From Escherichia phage JulesPiccard, in the sequence record MZ501087: a DNA stretch of 47,731 nucleotides. The stretch is one strand, 5' to 3'. Below the pieces are notes generated by a model. It did no database searches. It had not been told where the DNA came from and saw only the letters and a program-made list of their open reading frames with translations. A program made the translations under genes and the position numbers. Below are positions 46,170 to 47,731 of this stretch, in pieces (position 1 is the first letter of the stretch; the number at the start of each line of letters is the position of its first letter).

Positions 46170-46406
46170 ATGAGAACATTGAGGCAGATTTTAAACGGAT
46201 GCAAGAAGCATCATTACACTTACTTTCGTGACATTAAATGGTTCGAGGATGCTAATCGTTTAGATGGCTACAAGACAAAGTTAATATGCAAGAAGTGCCA
46301 CCATGTTGAGAACAGTAAGGTAGATATGATGATTTGCCGTAGCACACTCGACGAAGTTCATTATGCAAAGGCCAGAAGGCTCAAAAAACTAGTTGCCAGA
46401 CCGTAA
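46170..46406 (+). CDS. small zinc-ribbon-like protein (paralog 2)
   Basis: CKKHHY...CKKCHH motif pair; RBS GGAGG. Confidence 0.45.
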   Translation: MRTLRQILNGCKKHHYTYFRDIKWFEDANRLDGYKTKLICKKCHHVENSKVDMMICRSTLDEVHYAKARRLKKLVARP

Positions 46407-46448
46407 TTGTTAAAAAGAACTTGCACCACTGACCGGAATTATATAATA
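46401..46448 (+). promoter_or_regulatory. variant promoter element upstream of structured RNA/tRNA region
   Basis: TTGTTAAAA ... TATATAAT ... ACGTAGACAAACGAGG; left half-site degenerate. Confidence 0.35.
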
Positions 46449-46454
46449 TTAACC

Positions 46455-46810
46455 ACGTAGACAAACGAGGCCACTAAGTGGCAACGGCGCACGGAGCGCA
46501 CTACGCGGTAAGTCCGCTGCTCATTAAGTAGCGTATGCGGCGCATCTGGTCCATGAGGATAAGGCGTAAACCTCAACCAACTTCCCAGTATGGGCTTTAT
46601 TCCCTTAGGGACTTGAAGACCTAGCGCAAATAGGCCGACATGGTCCAAGTCGAAAAAACTGACCAGACCTGAGCACGTCATTAAAAGAGCTTTCTGTTAA
46701 TCGGTCGTTTCAGGCGACCCCGGAGCCGTAACCGGGATTTATATGGGTGGCATTTATGTCATCTTGTAAATTGGTCGTAAAGGCGACCCCGGAATCATAA
46801 CCGGGACTCA
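46455..46810 (+). ncRNA. candidate structured non-coding RNA region upstream of tRNA
   Basis: non-coding GC-rich stretch with multiple local hairpins and two ~40-nt direct repeats (46693..46735, 46763..46805: GGTCG-loop-CGACC plus CCCGG-loop-CCGGG); variant promoter upstream. Confidence 0.3.
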
Positions 46811-46816
46811 TTCAAA

Positions 46817-46894
46817 GCTCTGCTAGCTCAATTGGATAGCAGCAACGACCTTCTAAGTCGTAGGTTACTGGTTCGAATCCAGTGCGGAGCGCCA
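46817..46894 (+). tRNA. tRNA-Arg (anticodon UCU), CCA encoded
   Basis: 7-bp acceptor stem GCTCTGC/GCGGAGC (one G-U), anticodon stem ACGAC/GTCGT with loop CTTCTAA, T-arm ACTGG-TTCGAAT-CCAGT, D-loop with GG, 3' GCCA; D-stem has only 3 pairs. Confidence 0.75.
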
Positions 46895-46921
46895 AATTAA
46901 ACCAATAATCCTGGGGGATTT

Positions 46922-47104
46922 ATGAAAACTGTAACATTCATCGTAAAAGATTCAGGGACGGGAACCGTTCAGAAGTTTAACGCGAAATTAACCTACAACA
47001 AAGGTGGAAGTAAAGAAGTTAGAGGCTCACTGGGCGGCGTGATGGTTGAGGCTCGACTCCCGATTATCTACCCTGATGACGAGCGCCGCAATGTGGGACG
47101 TTAA
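46922..47104 (+). CDS. hypothetical protein
   Basis: 60-aa ORF after tRNA, RBS GGGGGATTTATG weak. Confidence 0.35.
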   Translation: MKTVTFIVKDSGTGTVQKFNAKLTYNKGGSKEVRGSLGGVMVEARLPIIYPDDERRNVGR

Positions 47105-47120
47105 ACTTTCAATCAGACTA

Positions 47121-47273
47121 ATGGGCCGAAGTTGCAAGAATTGCACTCAAGATTATATCGCGTCAGTTGCCGCAATCAGCGCTGAGGATGCGGTAGCGAA
47201 AGTAAAAGAGTTGTCAGGCGCTGATCCAGACACTCACAAATTCCTGGTAGCTTACGTTCGTGAGCGAAAGTAA
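47121..47273 (+). CDS. hypothetical protein (50 aa)
   Basis: in-frame ATG of tracked ORF 47046..47273 not overlapping upstream gene; terminator follows. Confidence 0.3.
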   Translation: MGRSCKNCTQDYIASVAAISAEDAVAKVKELSGADPDTHKFLVAYVRERK

Positions 47274-47317
47274 AAAGTGTTATACCCTCGTTAAGTTCCG
47301 TTTCTCTCGTTGTTTTT

Positions 47318-47342
47318 AGCCCTCGCTTGAGGGCTTTTTTTC
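47318..47342 (+). terminator. intrinsic terminator
   Basis: AGCCCTC-GCTTG-AGGGCT then TTTTTT. Confidence 0.7.
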
Positions 47343-47351
47343 GCCCGCATG

Positions 47352-47380
47352 TTGACAACAATATATAGGTGCATTAGTAT
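47352..47380 (+). promoter_or_regulatory. sigma70-like promoter (TTGACA-N17-TAGTAT)
   Basis: consensus -35 with 17-bp spacer. Confidence 0.5.
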
Positions 47381-47421
47381 TAACTCATCGGGGCGACCCA
47401 CTAACCAGAAGGAGATTCAAA

Positions 47422-47658
47422 ATGATTACATTAAAAGCAATTCACAAAGACGGTAGCGAGCAGGTTTTTGAAGTTAAGAATTTTGGCTACAGAGCTACGC
47501 AGAACCGTATTGATGCTGTTGATTGCGATTGCCAACCTTTCAGTATTTACCTTAATGATGACTCAGTTGCTATTGTGTACGCAATGAACTCAAGAGGGGC
47601 AACTATTGGTAAATACTCTCTTATTGAGTCGGTAGGACTACGAGATTACATATCTTAA
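47422..47658 (+). CDS. hypothetical protein
   Basis: RBS AAGGAGA; sigma70-like promoter upstream; terminator downstream. Confidence 0.5.
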   Translation: MITLKAIHKDGSEQVFEVKNFGYRATQNRIDAVDCDCQPFSIYLNDDSVAIVYAMNSRGATIGKYSLIESVGLRDYIS

Positions 47659-47664
47659 ATTAGA

Positions 47665-47687
47665 GCCCCTTAATTGGGGCTTTTTTA
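47665..47687 (+). terminator. intrinsic terminator
   Basis: GCCCC-TTAATT-GGGGC then TTTTTT. Confidence 0.75.
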
Positions 47688-47731
47688 CGCCTGTAACATG
47701 GTATAATATAACATCAACAAAGGAGGATTAA

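Noticed and set aside
46439-46681. 80-aa minus-strand ORF
   Set aside because: Falls in the structured non-coding region upstream of the tRNA and is antisense to it; more likely RNA than protein.
9906-47380. Reading the conserved elements as standard sigma70 promoters with -35 TTGCTA
   Set aside because: The distance from the TTGCTA-like hexamer to the -10-like hexamer is about 22 bp (27 in two copies), not the 16 to 18 bp sigma70 requires; only 40095..40122 and 47352..47380 fit canonical spacing.
1-47731. CRISPR array or integrase/attachment-site mobile element
   Set aside because: No spaced direct repeats typical of CRISPR; no integrase or transposase-like ORF recognised; the repeats found are promoter elements and control-region repeats.

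Overview
This window reads as a near-complete genome of a tailed, non-contractile (siphovirus-type) dsDNA phage with a lambda-like tail module, most consistent with a T1-like or Jersey-like enterobacterial phage (inference from gene content and order; no database search was possible). Plus-strand order: terminase small and large subunits, portal, protease/scaffold, major capsid, head-tail connectors, major tail protein, G/GT chaperone pair with a -1 frameshift site, tape measure, and M/L/K/I/J-like tail tip proteins, with an HNH endonuclease inserted between L and K. After that come a minus-strand lipoprotein cassette, a recombination module (PD-(D/E)xK exonuclease, ERF-like annealing protein, SSB), an inverted tailspike/depolymerase gene, primase-like and helicase genes, a VRR-NUC nuclease, a lysis cassette (pinholin, SAR endolysin, unimolecular spanin), a minus-strand early operon, many small early genes, a Pnk-like 3'-phosphatase plus P-loop kinase, and a tRNA-Arg(UCU). 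The most striking feature not explained by the genes is a family of about 20 copies of a conserved roughly 45-bp promoter/operator element (palindrome TAGCA-N5-TGCTA, a -10-like hexamer about 22 bp downstream, and a conserved leader ending in the ribosome-binding site). Other notable signals are two copies of an AT-rich repeat with (TTA)n tracts and adjacent iterons at divergent control regions, an inverted partial duplication of a 527-aa gene, paralogous cargo genes, and an in-frame amber codon joining two ORFs. All functional calls rest on motifs read directly from the ORF translations plus gene-order logic.
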